Positions 46,085 to 56,012 of a DNA stretch of 64,000 nt are shown here, one piece after another. The translations under genes and the position numbers were made by a program. The stretch comes from a virus. Numbering within the stretch: position 1 is the first letter of the stretch; every line of letters begins with the position of its first letter. The stretch lies in the IMG/VR virus record IMGVR_UViG_3300048091_000425; one strand, written 5' to 3'. The notes under the pieces were generated by a model. That model did not search any database, was not told the origin of the DNA, and worked only from the letters and a program-made list of their open reading frames with translations.

Positions 46085-47560
46085 TCAAAGGCCGAGGTCT
46101 TGGCCGAACAGCTCCCCTCTCACCACCAAGCTTTTGACCATCTGCAGGTACTGGGTGTCATTCGTCACCTTGTACAAGAATGACAGCACCTTGTCCTCTG
46201 GGTCGTGCTCTTCGGCCCAGGCCCTGATCTTGTGTTTCGGCTGGCAGAACAACACTGCCAGCAGGTTTGGGGATGTTGAGCACTGCTCAGGGGTGTAAAG
46301 CTTGGCAATCCATTCGAGCAGACCATCCTCGGGGGTCTCCATGATCGCCGCGTGGCTCTCGGTACCTCGCTCACACAGGCACGCCGTAGCCATCTGCTTC
46401 ACTGGGCAGACAGTGTCTTCCAACTCCATGAACACGACCAGGATATTGCGGGTGACATCGACAAGCTCTAGTCCAGATTCACGTGTTAGTTTCTTGGCCG
46501 ACGCTTGCCCACTAGTGATGAATTGTTTGGAACACGACGCCAGCGCACGGAGCGCACTTTGGTAAGCCGGGCTGTTCACCACATCCCTCTGTAGCGCAGC
46601 GTTCTTAACCCACTCAGCTGATTGTTGAAAGCAGTCCTGCACCGCTGATTGCCAGGCTTGAGCATTGCCGTGCGCATATTCATACAGATCCAGCACCTGT
46701 CCCTTTTCGAACGGGTGTTCAGACTTCAGCAGACTTTCAAAGCGCTTGTGAATCTCCTGGCGCTCCGGAAAAGGACTTAAGCCTATGGCGCTGCGATAGG
46801 CCCTGGCGTCCTGGAGTCCCATTGCCTCTACATGCTGATTCGCAGCGAGAACTGGTGGGCTGGCGCGCAAATACTCCGCAAACACCGCATCATCTTCCTG
46901 GCCAAGTACCACGGCCTGGATCACAGGAGTCTGATAGTTCTTAAAGGCACCGAGGATCAATTCTTGCAGATGTTTCCCCATGAGCTTAGTGAAAAAACCA
47001 AGCGACCTGACTTTCCCGCTGGGGCTGGTCAGTGAAACCACCTGCTCAGATTCTGATTTGGTACTGTGGAGTCTGTAGAAGGCAGTCCCAAACGCTTGCT
47101 CTGAATTGATCGCCTGCATCATCACATCGCCCCTCAGAAAAGCCTGCTTCATGCCTTCCAGGAGCTCATCCAGGCGCTCGTGCTCTTGACTGATGGCGAA
47201 ACCAACGTGGCGACCAAAAGCCTTTGTGTGGAGCTGTAATGGCGTGCAGCCCCAGTACAGAACTGATCGTGGCACCGGGTAAGGCTCGCTAAGCGCCACG
47301 GCGAGGCTAATGCTGTGATCGATATACGCATCAAGGCTCGGGAAGCTCAGCGCGTGTAACACCACCTTCCGGGACAGATCTATTTGCGTGAGTGCCAGTG
47401 GGCCATAAGCCAAATCATCCACGGGCAGTGGCATGTGCTGCTCAGGATGGAACGCAAGTCCGTTGAGCGAATCGTCCACTGAAATGATGTAATTGTCTTT
47501 GCTGACCGGGTAGCCGTCCATCCCCTCGTGGCCATGTGGAATCCTGCTGGCGTTGGTCAT
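46085..47560 (-). CDS. FxxDLGL-tail family protein
   Basis: 491 aa; ends RGELFGQDLGL. Confidence 0.85.
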   Translation of the reverse strand: MTNASRIPHGHEGMDGYPVSKDNYIISVDDSLNGLAFHPEQHMPLPVDDLAYGPLALTQIDLSRKVVLHALSFPSLDAYIDHSISLAVALSEPYPVPRSVLYWGCTPLQLHTKAFGRHVGFAISQEHERLDELLEGMKQAFLRGDVMMQAINSEQAFGTAFYRLHSTKSESEQVVSLTSPSGKVRSLGFFTKLMGKHLQELILGAFKNYQTPVIQAVVLGQEDDAVFAEYLRASPPVLAANQHVEAMGLQDARAYRSAIGLSPFPERQEIHKRFESLLKSEHPFEKGQVLDLYEYAHGNAQAWQSAVQDCFQQSAEWVKNAALQRDVVNSPAYQSALRALASCSKQFITSGQASAKKLTRESGLELVDVTRNILVVFMELEDTVCPVKQMATACLCERGTESHAAIMETPEDGLLEWIAKLYTPEQCSTSPNLLAVLFCQPKHKIRAWAEEHDPEDKVLSFLYKVTNDTQYLQMVKSLVVRGELFGQDLGL

Positions 47561-47577
47561 GCACTACCTCAGTAAAT

Positions 47578-48759
47578 TCAAATGCCCAGATCTTTGGAAA
47601 ACGCCTTGCCTCGCTCTTTTACGCTCATCGCGTGAACATAGCGCGGTTCCCCGGTCGCCTCATGCAGGGATCGCAACAGCTTCTCTTTTTGCGGGTGCGC
47701 GAGCACTGCCTCGAGCGGTGCCGTCGACAATAACGGCAAATAGCCTGGTCTGGAAAGCTTGCTGGCGCAAACCGCAACCATGGCCGGGTAATCGCGTGGG
47801 CCGTCACGCCGATCAAGGTAGCCAAGCCGGCCATAGTGCCCCGCCAGGAATCCCTCGTAGCAATCAATGCCAGCCTTGATCATCCGCATGATCAGCAGAT
47901 TCGCGTTTATGAATTCGGCGTTCCCAAGCTTCATCACCTGCTCGATAAACTCCACCGGCGCTCGCTGGATCAGATTGACGTCGAAAAACTGCTCAAGAAA
48001 CCCCAGCCTCTGCGCTGTGGTGTACGGGACATATCCCAGAAACTTCCCGTCGACCTCATGACTATAGCTATCGACGTTGATGAAACTGGCCAACAGCGTC
48101 TGCCAATAGCCATCGAGTGAGGTGCTGGTCGTCGGCGGCTGGGCATGGTTCTCAGCGTTGTATTGCGCCGCCACTCGGTCGACCTTCACACCTTCCGCAC
48201 TCAACTTTGAAATACAGTTGATGACCCATGCTGGCGTGAGATGGCTGTCCGCCCCCTTTAGGGAACACAGCCACTGGGCCGCCTCCAGATCATCATGTTG
48301 GAGTGCAGACTTGCAGAACTCGCGGGCGTACAGTGGCTTCTTGACCAGCTCACCAACCGCTTGAGGTGATCGAAAACCGCCGTCACCGCCGCGACACAGC
48401 TGAGCTTTCATGTACACGTGCTTAGGAGTGAGCATCGACGTGATTTTCAATGCAGCTTTATGCTTGATCAGGTAATCGAACGCCAGATCTGTCCCGTGCG
48501 GGTCAGCCAGGCCAAAAATCACAGCAGCTTGCAGGCAGCCCAGATGCCCATGCCAGGACTTGGCGCCATTCTTCAGGTGCTCGTCTTTCAGCACGTCCAG
48601 CAACCACAGAACATCCTTCGCGCCATAACCCGCAGTGTCGAGCACGAGCATGGCCCTGAAACAAAGTTCAGCCTTGGCCACCCAGGTGTAGGGGTTAGCG
48701 TCGTAAGCACTGCCTAAGGCCCCGCTGAGAATCGCTTTAGCCCTGTTGAAGTCGGTCAT
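47578..48759 (-). CDS. FxxDLGL-tail family protein
   Basis: ATG 48759 overlaps the upstream stop (ATGA); ends KAFSKDLGI; paralog of 48756..49958. Confidence 0.85.
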   Translation of the reverse strand: MTDFNRAKAILSGALGSAYDANPYTWVAKAELCFRAMLVLDTAGYGAKDVLWLLDVLKDEHLKNGAKSWHGHLGCLQAAVIFGLADPHGTDLAFDYLIKHKAALKITSMLTPKHVYMKAQLCRGGDGGFRSPQAVGELVKKPLYAREFCKSALQHDDLEAAQWLCSLKGADSHLTPAWVINCISKLSAEGVKVDRVAAQYNAENHAQPPTTSTSLDGYWQTLLASFINVDSYSHEVDGKFLGYVPYTTAQRLGFLEQFFDVNLIQRAPVEFIEQVMKLGNAEFINANLLIMRMIKAGIDCYEGFLAGHYGRLGYLDRRDGPRDYPAMVAVCASKLSRPGYLPLLSTAPLEAVLAHPQKEKLLRSLHEATGEPRYVHAMSVKERGKAFSKDLGI

Positions 48760-49958
48760 AGCCCAATATCTCCTGAAAATGCCTTGGCCCGCCCAATGAG
48801 GCTCATGTGTCGAACACACTCCGTATCCTCAGACAGCTTGTAAACCAGATCCAGGAGCAGATCCTTTTCCTTGTGGCCGGCGATGATCTCGGGCGCCAGC
48901 GTGGCCAGAATGCCGAGGTAGCCACGCCTGTGCTTGTTGGAATAGCAGATGTTCACGATCTCAGGTTCCGTCAGGCAGAAGTCGGGATGCTCAAGCATGT
49001 AGAAGCGCCCATGGTTTGCCATCAAAAAACCCCTTGCCGTAGGCAGCCCTGCCCTGTGCATCCCATAGATAAAAGCGTTGACCGGGTCTTTCTCGAAATT
49101 GGAGGTCGTCATCAGCAGGTGCACGAACTCATCCGGGGCTTTGCGCAGCATCTGCACGTTGAAAATCGCGTCCAGAGTTTGCTGGGGCTGTCGATTTTTA
49201 CCCTGTAACAAAGGACTGTCGACCACCAACTTGGCATAGTCCTCAAGGCTCATTCTGGTAATGGCGTTGATCAGCGTTAGGTCTTCGGTGCGATGCCCAT
49301 CACTGATCAGTCGGTTGTTCACCACCTTGACGTGATCGGCGAGGAAGGCTTGCGGTAGGTGCTTGGCCATTTGGGGTATGGAAAGCAGATGCTGCACAGC
49401 CTGCAGGTCATCAGCAGCCATAGCAGAATCGCAGAACATCCTCGCAATGGTCTGGTTGCGAGGGAATAGCAAAAATGCCTCTGGCTCTCTCAGCACACCG
49501 ACGCTGTACCTGCAGAGATTGAGTTTACGCTGATTTCTCAGGCTGTCCTTGTGACCAAACCCGTACAACATTCCCTTGAAATTGACGGATGAGTTTTTGC
49601 CGCGCATCAGCAGGTCGAACACTGCGTCGACAAAACTCGGGTTGATCAGCATTTGATTGAGTATGACCGATACGCCCCAACCCCAATCTGGCTCTTTATT
49701 TATGTCGGTGAAGATCATGGGGCTTAATGGTTTGGCTTTCTCTTTGAAGCTTTCAATCAACCCCAAAGGTAGCCCCAGGGCATAGGCGCGTTGAAAAAAG
49801 AACGTTACGTCGTCAAAACTTGAGTTTAAATTGGCCAACATCGTCAGCAGTGGAAATGCCTTCTTACGCTCGCGGCGATAGTAGATCTCGAAGATCAGAT
49901 CTTGGATATGAAGCCCCGTGGTTTCTTCAACCAATGCGCAGAAATCGGCATTTTCCAC
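48756..49958 (-). CDS. FxxDLGL-tail family protein
   Basis: 400 aa; ends KAFSGDIGL; shares AR.FC.SA...DDL.A.Q.L and GFL..(H)(Y/H)GR with its neighbour. Confidence 0.85.
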   Translation of the reverse strand: MENADFCALVEETTGLHIQDLIFEIYYRRERKKAFPLLTMLANLNSSFDDVTFFFQRAYALGLPLGLIESFKEKAKPLSPMIFTDINKEPDWGWGVSVILNQMLINPSFVDAVFDLLMRGKNSSVNFKGMLYGFGHKDSLRNQRKLNLCRYSVGVLREPEAFLLFPRNQTIARMFCDSAMAADDLQAVQHLLSIPQMAKHLPQAFLADHVKVVNNRLISDGHRTEDLTLINAITRMSLEDYAKLVVDSPLLQGKNRQPQQTLDAIFNVQMLRKAPDEFVHLLMTTSNFEKDPVNAFIYGMHRAGLPTARGFLMANHGRFYMLEHPDFCLTEPEIVNICYSNKHRRGYLGILATLAPEIIAGHKEKDLLLDLVYKLSEDTECVRHMSLIGRAKAFSGDIGL

Positions 49959-50195
49959 ACTGATGACCTCTAAAGTGCTACCTGACTGGCCGCAGTTTAG
50001 AGGAAATGAGCTCTGACAAATAGGTCAAGTACAGGTTGGCCGGCAGCGAATGGCTTGCCACCGCCAGTCAGGATGCTGGTCGAAGGCTGTGAAGCCGACG
50101 GTTGGTTTGGGCACAAAAAAAGCTCCTTGCTCTGCTGTTCAGGCATAACAAAGGAGCTTTATTGACAGCCAAAGAAACAATTGAGAAAAATCAGG

Positions 50196-51185
50196 TCAGT
50201 CGAGGAGACCGCTCTGGCCGCTGCCATCGTTATTGGTCAATATGTAGGTGTAGATCTTACGGGCCGAGGCGACTCCCAGTGGACTACCCTCCTCATCAAC
50301 CACCACAACCAGCGGAATCTTGGTCTCTTTCATCCTTACCATCACGTCGATCAGCTTCTCACCGGCGTCGGCCAAAATGATTTGCCGACAAATGTCAGCG
50401 ACGTTACCGCCCTTTCCCGATATCAGCCGGCCTGCCAGGTCGTTGTAGAACATGAGCCCGACGAGCTCTTTGTGGTGCGTTACCAGGATTCGCTTGCCGT
50501 AGTAGTGCTGAGCCAGCTCGCGGCAGTCCTCCAGCGTGCTCTCCAAGTGCACCGACGGCAGATCAGCAGGCTCCAGCACATCACTGATGCGGTACTGCTT
50601 GATCCTGAACACGTTCTGGAGCATGCCGCGCTCGGATTTCCCAAGCAGGCCTTCGGAGTGGTAGTAGTTGATCGTGCTTTTGAGCTCATTCAGGTTCATT
50701 TTCCGCTTTTTGTTCAGGCGGAACAGCTTTACCCAGAACAGGGTCATGAACACCATGGGCATCGCAACGAAATAAATGATCCTGGCCAGCCAGGCGAAAT
50801 GGGTCAGGATCTTTTCGTAGTGGTTGCTGGCCAGGGTTTTTGGCAAGGTTCGAGCAAACACCAGGTTGGCGTAGGTCAGCACCAACATGAAAATGGCCAC
50901 CTGGCTGCCAGACAACGCTTTGTAAGCCATGACCCCGAGCACCGAGTTGGCGGCCACGCCCTGGAACGTCATAAACACCATCGACGCGGCCATATGCTTG
51001 TCGCGTTTCGCGGCGATTCTTTTGAGCCATTTCTTAGTGCGAGCTTTTAGTGTTGGCTGCTCTATAAGTATGCTCATTTTGATATCATCGGCGATAAGCA
51101 ACGCCGTATCCACACTGCTAAAAAGTGCGGACAAGGCGAGAATGCCAATTGATGCCATAACCAGTATGGCGAGTTCCGTTGTCAT
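50196..51185 (-). CDS. CNNM (DUF21) + CBS domain protein, HlyC/CorC-like
   Basis: LSALFSSVDTALL, multiple TM helices, LPKTLA; CBS-like YR(I)SDVL.P and IPLVVVVDEEG..LGV.S. Confidence 0.85.
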   Translation of the reverse strand: MTTELAILVMASIGILALSALFSSVDTALLIADDIKMSILIEQPTLKARTKKWLKRIAAKRDKHMAASMVFMTFQGVAANSVLGVMAYKALSGSQVAIFMLVLTYANLVFARTLPKTLASNHYEKILTHFAWLARIIYFVAMPMVFMTLFWVKLFRLNKKRKMNLNELKSTINYYHSEGLLGKSERGMLQNVFRIKQYRISDVLEPADLPSVHLESTLEDCRELAQHYYGKRILVTHHKELVGLMFYNDLAGRLISGKGGNVADICRQIILADAGEKLIDVMVRMKETKIPLVVVVDEEGSPLGVASARKIYTYILTNNDGSGQSGLLD

Positions 51186-51236
51186 GTCGTTTGGGTAACT
51201 CAGAGAGAAATCGATCAACCTGAGATTCTATGTTAA

Positions 51237-51298
51237 ATGTCAGTTTGATGAAATATGAATTAACTTTTTTGATAACTTCTCAAGTATCAAACTGACAT
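51237..51298. repeat. perfect 13-bp inverted repeat around a 36-bp AT-rich spacer
   Basis: ATGTCAGTTTGAT (51237-51249) and ATCAAACTGACAT (51286-51298). Confidence 0.8.
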
Positions 51299-51310
51299 CA
51301 AACAACAAGG

Positions 51311-51797
51311 CATCTGTCCACATTAAGAGCGGCTGGCGCTTCGAGATACCAGGATCTTGCTACCCGCGACGAGCGGACAATCTAGATGTCCACATTAACG
51401 GAAGGCTGGAGCCCCCGGTTTACGTGGCCTGCAGGGGTGTGGGAGGGTTCAACAAGGCAGATGTCCACATAAGCAGAGAAACTCAGTCCCTGCCTTCAGC
51501 GTGACAAAGCAGCCGATGGCTGCCGAGGTTAAAGGTTGCAGACCTTGGCAAGCAGCTCCTGGCTGACCGCCTTATTCGCCACCTGTTTCTCGATTTCGCG
51601 GTCGTATTCACGCTGGCGCTGGCGAGCTTGCTCAAGCCGAGCGTGGCCGGCGCTGTCCAGTTCGCGGATCTGAGACAGGTCGATCAGGGCTTTGAGGCTC
51701 ATGGGGGTCTCTCATGAAACGGCGTGGATGATTCAAATTACCACGGTGGATCACACGCAAACAACGTGGATTCGGCACACGGAATCTGTCCACATTT
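51311..51797 (+). repeat. four outlying iterons downstream of rep
   Basis: GTCCACAT cores at 51316, 51388, 51463 and 51788, same orientation as the main array. Confidence 0.8.
51529..51702 (-). CDS. small hypothetical protein (57 aa), below the ORF-track cutoff
   Basis: Manual translation MSLKALIDLSQIRELDSAGHARLEQARQRQREYDREIEKQVANKAVSQELLAKVCNL. Confidence 0.55.
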   Translation of the reverse strand: MSLKALIDLSQIRELDSAGHARLEQARQRQREYDREIEKQVANKAVSQELLAKVCNL

Positions 51798-51803
51798 GCC
51801 CTA

Positions 51804-52697
51804 TCAGTAGGTCGCTACGGGCTCTGCTCGGCGGCGCTCAGCAGTCAGCCGGGCAATCACTTCCTGAGTGGATTCACCAGGGCGAGCCGCCGCCATGATT
51901 TCCTTCTCGGTGATTGGCCCGCTCTTGCGCTTGCGTGGGGTCTTCGCCGGCTTTGGCGTCTCATCCTTCTCGGAGATCAAGCTTTCCTGAACCGGGTTCA
52001 TCGAGAAGTCCGCACGCTCGGCGTAGGAGACCTCAATGGCCACGATTTTGCGCCCTTCGCGCTTTGGCTGGAAACCCAGGATCTTGATGTCGGTGAGGTT
52101 GTGGATCATCTCCAGCGCCGGCTCAATCACGCGCTTTCTCAAGTCGGCGTAGAGCGGGTAGGCATCATCGAGGGCCAGACTGAAGCGAATGTCCTCAATG
52201 AATATCAACGCCGTTGGACTGCACTTGAACCGGTGCTTAACGATCAGCTCATACATGCGGAAGGCATGCGGGCTGGAGAGTCGGGCCACCGCGTTGAGGC
52301 TGTACTTCGTGAAGTTGCCTTGGAGGTCGACCAGATAGGGCAGGATATCCTTTGAGAAACGCAGCATCACCCGCCCTTCCCCGGCGATGTAGTCGGCGGT
52401 TTGTATCCAGCGGGTTTTACGCTCCCGGTCATTCATGCTGAGCAGGATCTTTCGGTCGAACAGCTGGTCAACAGCTTCCTTCAGGTCAGAGTAGGCGGCC
52501 ATCAGGCTGATACCACAGGTCTCTGCGAACTCACGGGCGGTGAAACCATACATCTCATCATCCGAAACCAGGGTGTTGCGGTCACGGTCGATTTTGGCGA
52601 TGCAGGTGAGAATGATTCGTGTCTCAGCCACCGTCAGTTTGTAGTTCGCAGTCATCAAATCGTTTGATTTGTAGACCTGAAGGTTTTGCGCGGTCAT
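51804..52697 (-). CDS. repA: plasmid replication initiator, Rep_3 family
   Basis: VYKSNDLMTANYKLTVAETRIIL, RWI....Y..GEG.V...FS..I.PYL..L...FTKY.L..V..L.S....RMYEL, RVIEPAL..I. Confidence 0.95.
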   Translation of the reverse strand: MTAQNLQVYKSNDLMTANYKLTVAETRIILTCIAKIDRDRNTLVSDDEMYGFTAREFAETCGISLMAAYSDLKEAVDQLFDRKILLSMNDRERKTRWIQTADYIAGEGRVMLRFSKDILPYLVDLQGNFTKYSLNAVARLSSPHAFRMYELIVKHRFKCSPTALIFIEDIRFSLALDDAYPLYADLRKRVIEPALEMIHNLTDIKILGFQPKREGRKIVAIEVSYAERADFSMNPVQESLISEKDETPKPAKTPRKRKSGPITEKEIMAAARPGESTQEVIARLTAERRRAEPVATY

Positions 52698-52810
52698 CTG
52701 GCCTTGTCCTTAAAGATTGCAGTACGACATTGCGCTGTAGGTTAGGGACGCATACGGGGAATGCCACCTTTTTCATTCATCGGAATAAACGATCTGACGA
52801 ATGGCCTAGC

Positions 52811-54305
52811 CATTTGTCCACATTAAGCTTTAGAGCATACACGCAACCGTCACCACACACGCCATTTGTCCACATTAAGCGCGTGAGGTGCCGGAGGTGG
52901 CTTCAGATATCTTTGAAATATCCATATTTTTCAATTGGTTAAACAAACCATCTAAAAAGCAGCAACACGGCATCTGTCCACATTAAGTGAAGCCAGCAAT
53001 CAAACCCCCCTGGAAAATTGCATGCCATCTGACCACATTAAGCTTCAAAACCCACCGTTTTAGTCACGCCATCTGTCCACATTTAGGTTTTTGGCGCGGG
53101 ATGCGAAAAACACACGGCATCCGTCCACATTTGACCTTGATCCTGGATGGCCATTCTCTGACCTACAAGTCATTTGTCCACATTAAGGAAGATCTGGGAT
53201 GCGCTCACCAGCCGTCAGACAAGGAATCTGTCCACATAAAGGCCAACGCTCCTGTTCCTGACACGGAATCCGTCCACATTTACCCTCCCAAGACGGTAGG
53301 AAAGACACGGCATCCGTCCACATTAAGGTTATTCAGGCACCGTTGATCGGGTGGCGTGAGCAAAAAACTAAAGAAAACAAAGATTTGGAAGATAAATCTG
53401 AGGCAATGCACGTGGATGACACGCTAGCCGTCCACATTTGAACGGTTTTTTGACTGTACCGAATGGAATTGGATTTAGGCCGGCCCTTATGACACGCCAT
53501 CCGTCCACATTAATGAGGTTGCCAGGCTCCTGGGCAAGGAATCCGTCCACATTTGGCGGAAGAGCCCCGTAATACGGGCACTTCATACAAGTCATCCGTC
53601 CACATTAAGGGATTCATCATGGCCAATTGAACACGGCATCCGTCCACATTAAGGGCTTTTAGGGCTCTTTTTCATTGCCTTTGAGGGGCGGATCCGCTTG
53701 GCGACCAGCAAGTCACGGGATCTGTCCACATTTGAGGGGCAGGACAAGGAATCCGTCCACATTGAAGGGCTTACAGCACCTTTCTCGAGGCCTGGCGCCG
53801 CCATTGAACACGGCATCCGTCCACATATCGATGAACGGACACGCCATCCGACCACATTTGAAGGCTTTCGACCGATTTCTCCTGGCGCCGGCTGGCGCTG
53901 GGCACCTGCTGATCCTCTTGGGAGCACGGCATCCGTCCACATTTGGGGTTGGAGGCACGGAATCTGTCCACATTTGCGAGCTCAGAGCCCCTTCCCAACC
54001 CGCCGTCACCGGCCAAAGCTCCTAGACGCCGTCGATTCTCACGCCATCCGTCCACATCAAGCCGACTGGCGAGCATGGCGGTGGAGATTGGACAGGTCAG
54101 TCACCCCTGGGGCTATACTGAACCTCAATGAAACAAGGCATCCGACCACATTTCGCAGGTGCAACAAGGCAGATGTCCATACATAAGCAGTTATCCACAA
54201 GGCAGGCGTCCACATCAGTACACGGCAGACGTCCACAAAACTCACGGCAGGCGTCCACAGTTCTAAAGCTTCCCGTCCACATCTCTCAAGCCAGTTGTCC
54301 ATATT
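52811..54305 (+). repeat. iteron field / probable oriV (29 direct repeats)
   Basis: Consensus about CA(C/A)GG(C/A)ATC(C/T)GTCCACATT; last five cores 22-23 bp apart (54208, 54231, 54253, 54275, 54297). Confidence 0.9.
54191..54199 (+). promoter_or_regulatory. DnaA box
   Basis: Perfect TTATCCACA immediately before the 22-bp-spaced iteron cluster. Confidence 0.8.
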
Positions 54306-54376
54306 TGGAAGCTGGAGCCCTTATGAACCGTGGTCTCCAGCCCCGCTAAAGAGAAAAGATTGAAAAAGAAAGAAAA

Positions 54377-54964
54377 CTAAAGCGTGCACACCAGCTGTGG
54401 TTCATCACTTACCTCGATGGTGCGGACATCCTCCACCACGGTATGGAACGGCACCAGCAACCGCCAGGCGTGAAGAAACTCATTCAGCAGCGCCAGATTG
54501 CCCGCTTCCCCCGCATCACTGGCCCACACTTTTCCTTCACCCAGCACACACTCCATGGATTTGCGATCCGCCAAAGCGCCACCTCGTTTGAAGCGCTGCG
54601 GCTTCACCCCATTGAACGGTAGCCATTCTTCTCGGCTCACGTCGATCAGATAAGCCACCTGCTTGATACGAGCGTTGGCCTCCAGGCGTAACTGAGTGGC
54701 CTCAGTTATTTTGAAGTCAGCAGCCACTTCAGCCGGTCGCATGGAGAACAGAGCTGAGAGGTAATCAGCGCCGTCGAGCACCTTCCCCACTTCGGTGACC
54801 AGGACATCATGATGCCAAAGACTCAGCGTCACCTCGGCCATTTGCAGCCAAACCAATTGACGCTCACGCCACACCTTGCCGCTGGGAACTCCGACGGTTT
54901 TCTCGTTGGTCACTTTGACAATAGGGTGAGCGGTAACTAACGGCGCAGAAAAGAATGACAGCAT
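54377..54964 (-). CDS. hypothetical protein
   Basis: ATG at 54964 after GGAGG. Confidence 0.7.
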   Translation of the reverse strand: MLSFFSAPLVTAHPIVKVTNEKTVGVPSGKVWRERQLVWLQMAEVTLSLWHHDVLVTEVGKVLDGADYLSALFSMRPAEVAADFKITEATQLRLEANARIKQVAYLIDVSREEWLPFNGVKPQRFKRGGALADRKSMECVLGEGKVWASDAGEAGNLALLNEFLHAWRLLVPFHTVVEDVRTIEVSDEPQLVCTL

Positions 54965-55004
54965 GGGACTTTCCTCCAACTAATGATGAGCAAAATTAGT
55001 TAAT

Positions 55005-55898
55005 TTACACAGCGACTGCTTGAACCTTTCCGTTGATAAACATGCCGCATGAAGCCTTCACATCGAAACCAACTTTTGGAACTATCCGCAACTTCGTTGG
55101 TTGAACTAACTCGCGAAGAATTTGTACGTTTCGCTCAATTACTTTCTCGCTTGATTCACGGCCATAACGCTCAGACGCCGGGTTGTAACGAACAATGTTG
55201 ATGTTGACCTTGAGGGCGCGTGCGTTGATCGCACCGGCCATGGCCACCATGTCCTGCTCACTGTCGTTCTGCCCTTCAATGAACGCGAAGTGCACCTTCG
55301 GGATCTTTCCAGAGAAATCCGCCCAGGCTTTGAGCTTGTCCAGGCCCACTTCGGCAGGCAGTGCTTTACCCAGCCAGCGCCGGCGAAAAGCAGGGTTAAC
55401 ACTGTAGAGTGAGTAGTAAATCTCCGGCAGGATTTCCGGGAAAATGTCTTGCAGTTCACGGCCTGCCAGGCTGTTTGGAAAGATAGAGGAAATCAAGAAC
55501 TTGCATGCAAGATCGCGCTCGTTTGCCAGCATTTTCAGCGAAGATAGCAGCAGTTTGCTGTCAGCGAGAATAAGCGGGTTGTTAAGCGGCTCACCGCGAG
55601 CCATGAAGTTGTAGTGCAGCATATTCGCCGTGGCCTGGCGGTCGTAATGAGCCAGGACGTCCCTCGCCTGGAAAAGGAAATCCTGGAGGGTGGCGTTATC
55701 GAGTGCGGTTTCCCCGTTGGCCGTCAGATGGCACATCCGGCAGGCCATGTCACAACCTGATTGCGAGGAGAGGTAGGCCAATACTTTGTCATTGTCGCGG
55801 CGGACGTAGCGCCTTTCAAAGTATCCGACATTAGGGGCTTTTTCGACGAAATTAACAGAGTTATCCAAGGTACTTTTAAGTGCAATCAGCTCAGGCAT
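55005..55898 (-). CDS. RlmN/Cfr-like radical SAM protein
   Basis: SSQSGCDMACRMC (CxxxCxxC), FMARGEPLNN, ISSI, EGQNDS, VNINIVRYNP, DVKASCGM (C355-equivalent); start uncertain (55898 or 55991). Confidence 0.85.
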   Translation of the reverse strand: MPELIALKSTLDNSVNFVEKAPNVGYFERRYVRRDNDKVLAYLSSQSGCDMACRMCHLTANGETALDNATLQDFLFQARDVLAHYDRQATANMLHYNFMARGEPLNNPLILADSKLLLSSLKMLANERDLACKFLISSIFPNSLAGRELQDIFPEILPEIYYSLYSVNPAFRRRWLGKALPAEVGLDKLKAWADFSGKIPKVHFAFIEGQNDSEQDMVAMAGAINARALKVNINIVRYNPASERYGRESSEKVIERNVQILRELVQPTKLRIVPKVGFDVKASCGMFINGKVQAVAV

Positions 55899-56012
55899 GC
55901 ATTGAAATCCTATAATAATTCGCGATTTACACCCCGAGACATCCTCTACTTCGGGGATCTCGCCCGTCTCCAGACGGGTCGAGCGCGGCATTATAGGACG
56001 TTTTCTGTCAAT

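Noticed and set aside
52811-54305. Repeat-spacer pattern suggesting a CRISPR array
   Set aside because: Repeats are only ~16 bp and degenerate, periods vary from 22 to 114 bp, and they adjoin a Rep_3 gene and a DnaA box, so they are iterons.
52987-54349. ORFs within the iteron field (e.g. 52987..53346, 53698..54186)
   Set aside because: Translations are dominated by iteron-derived words (SVHI, HPSTF, IRPH); no RBS or operon support.
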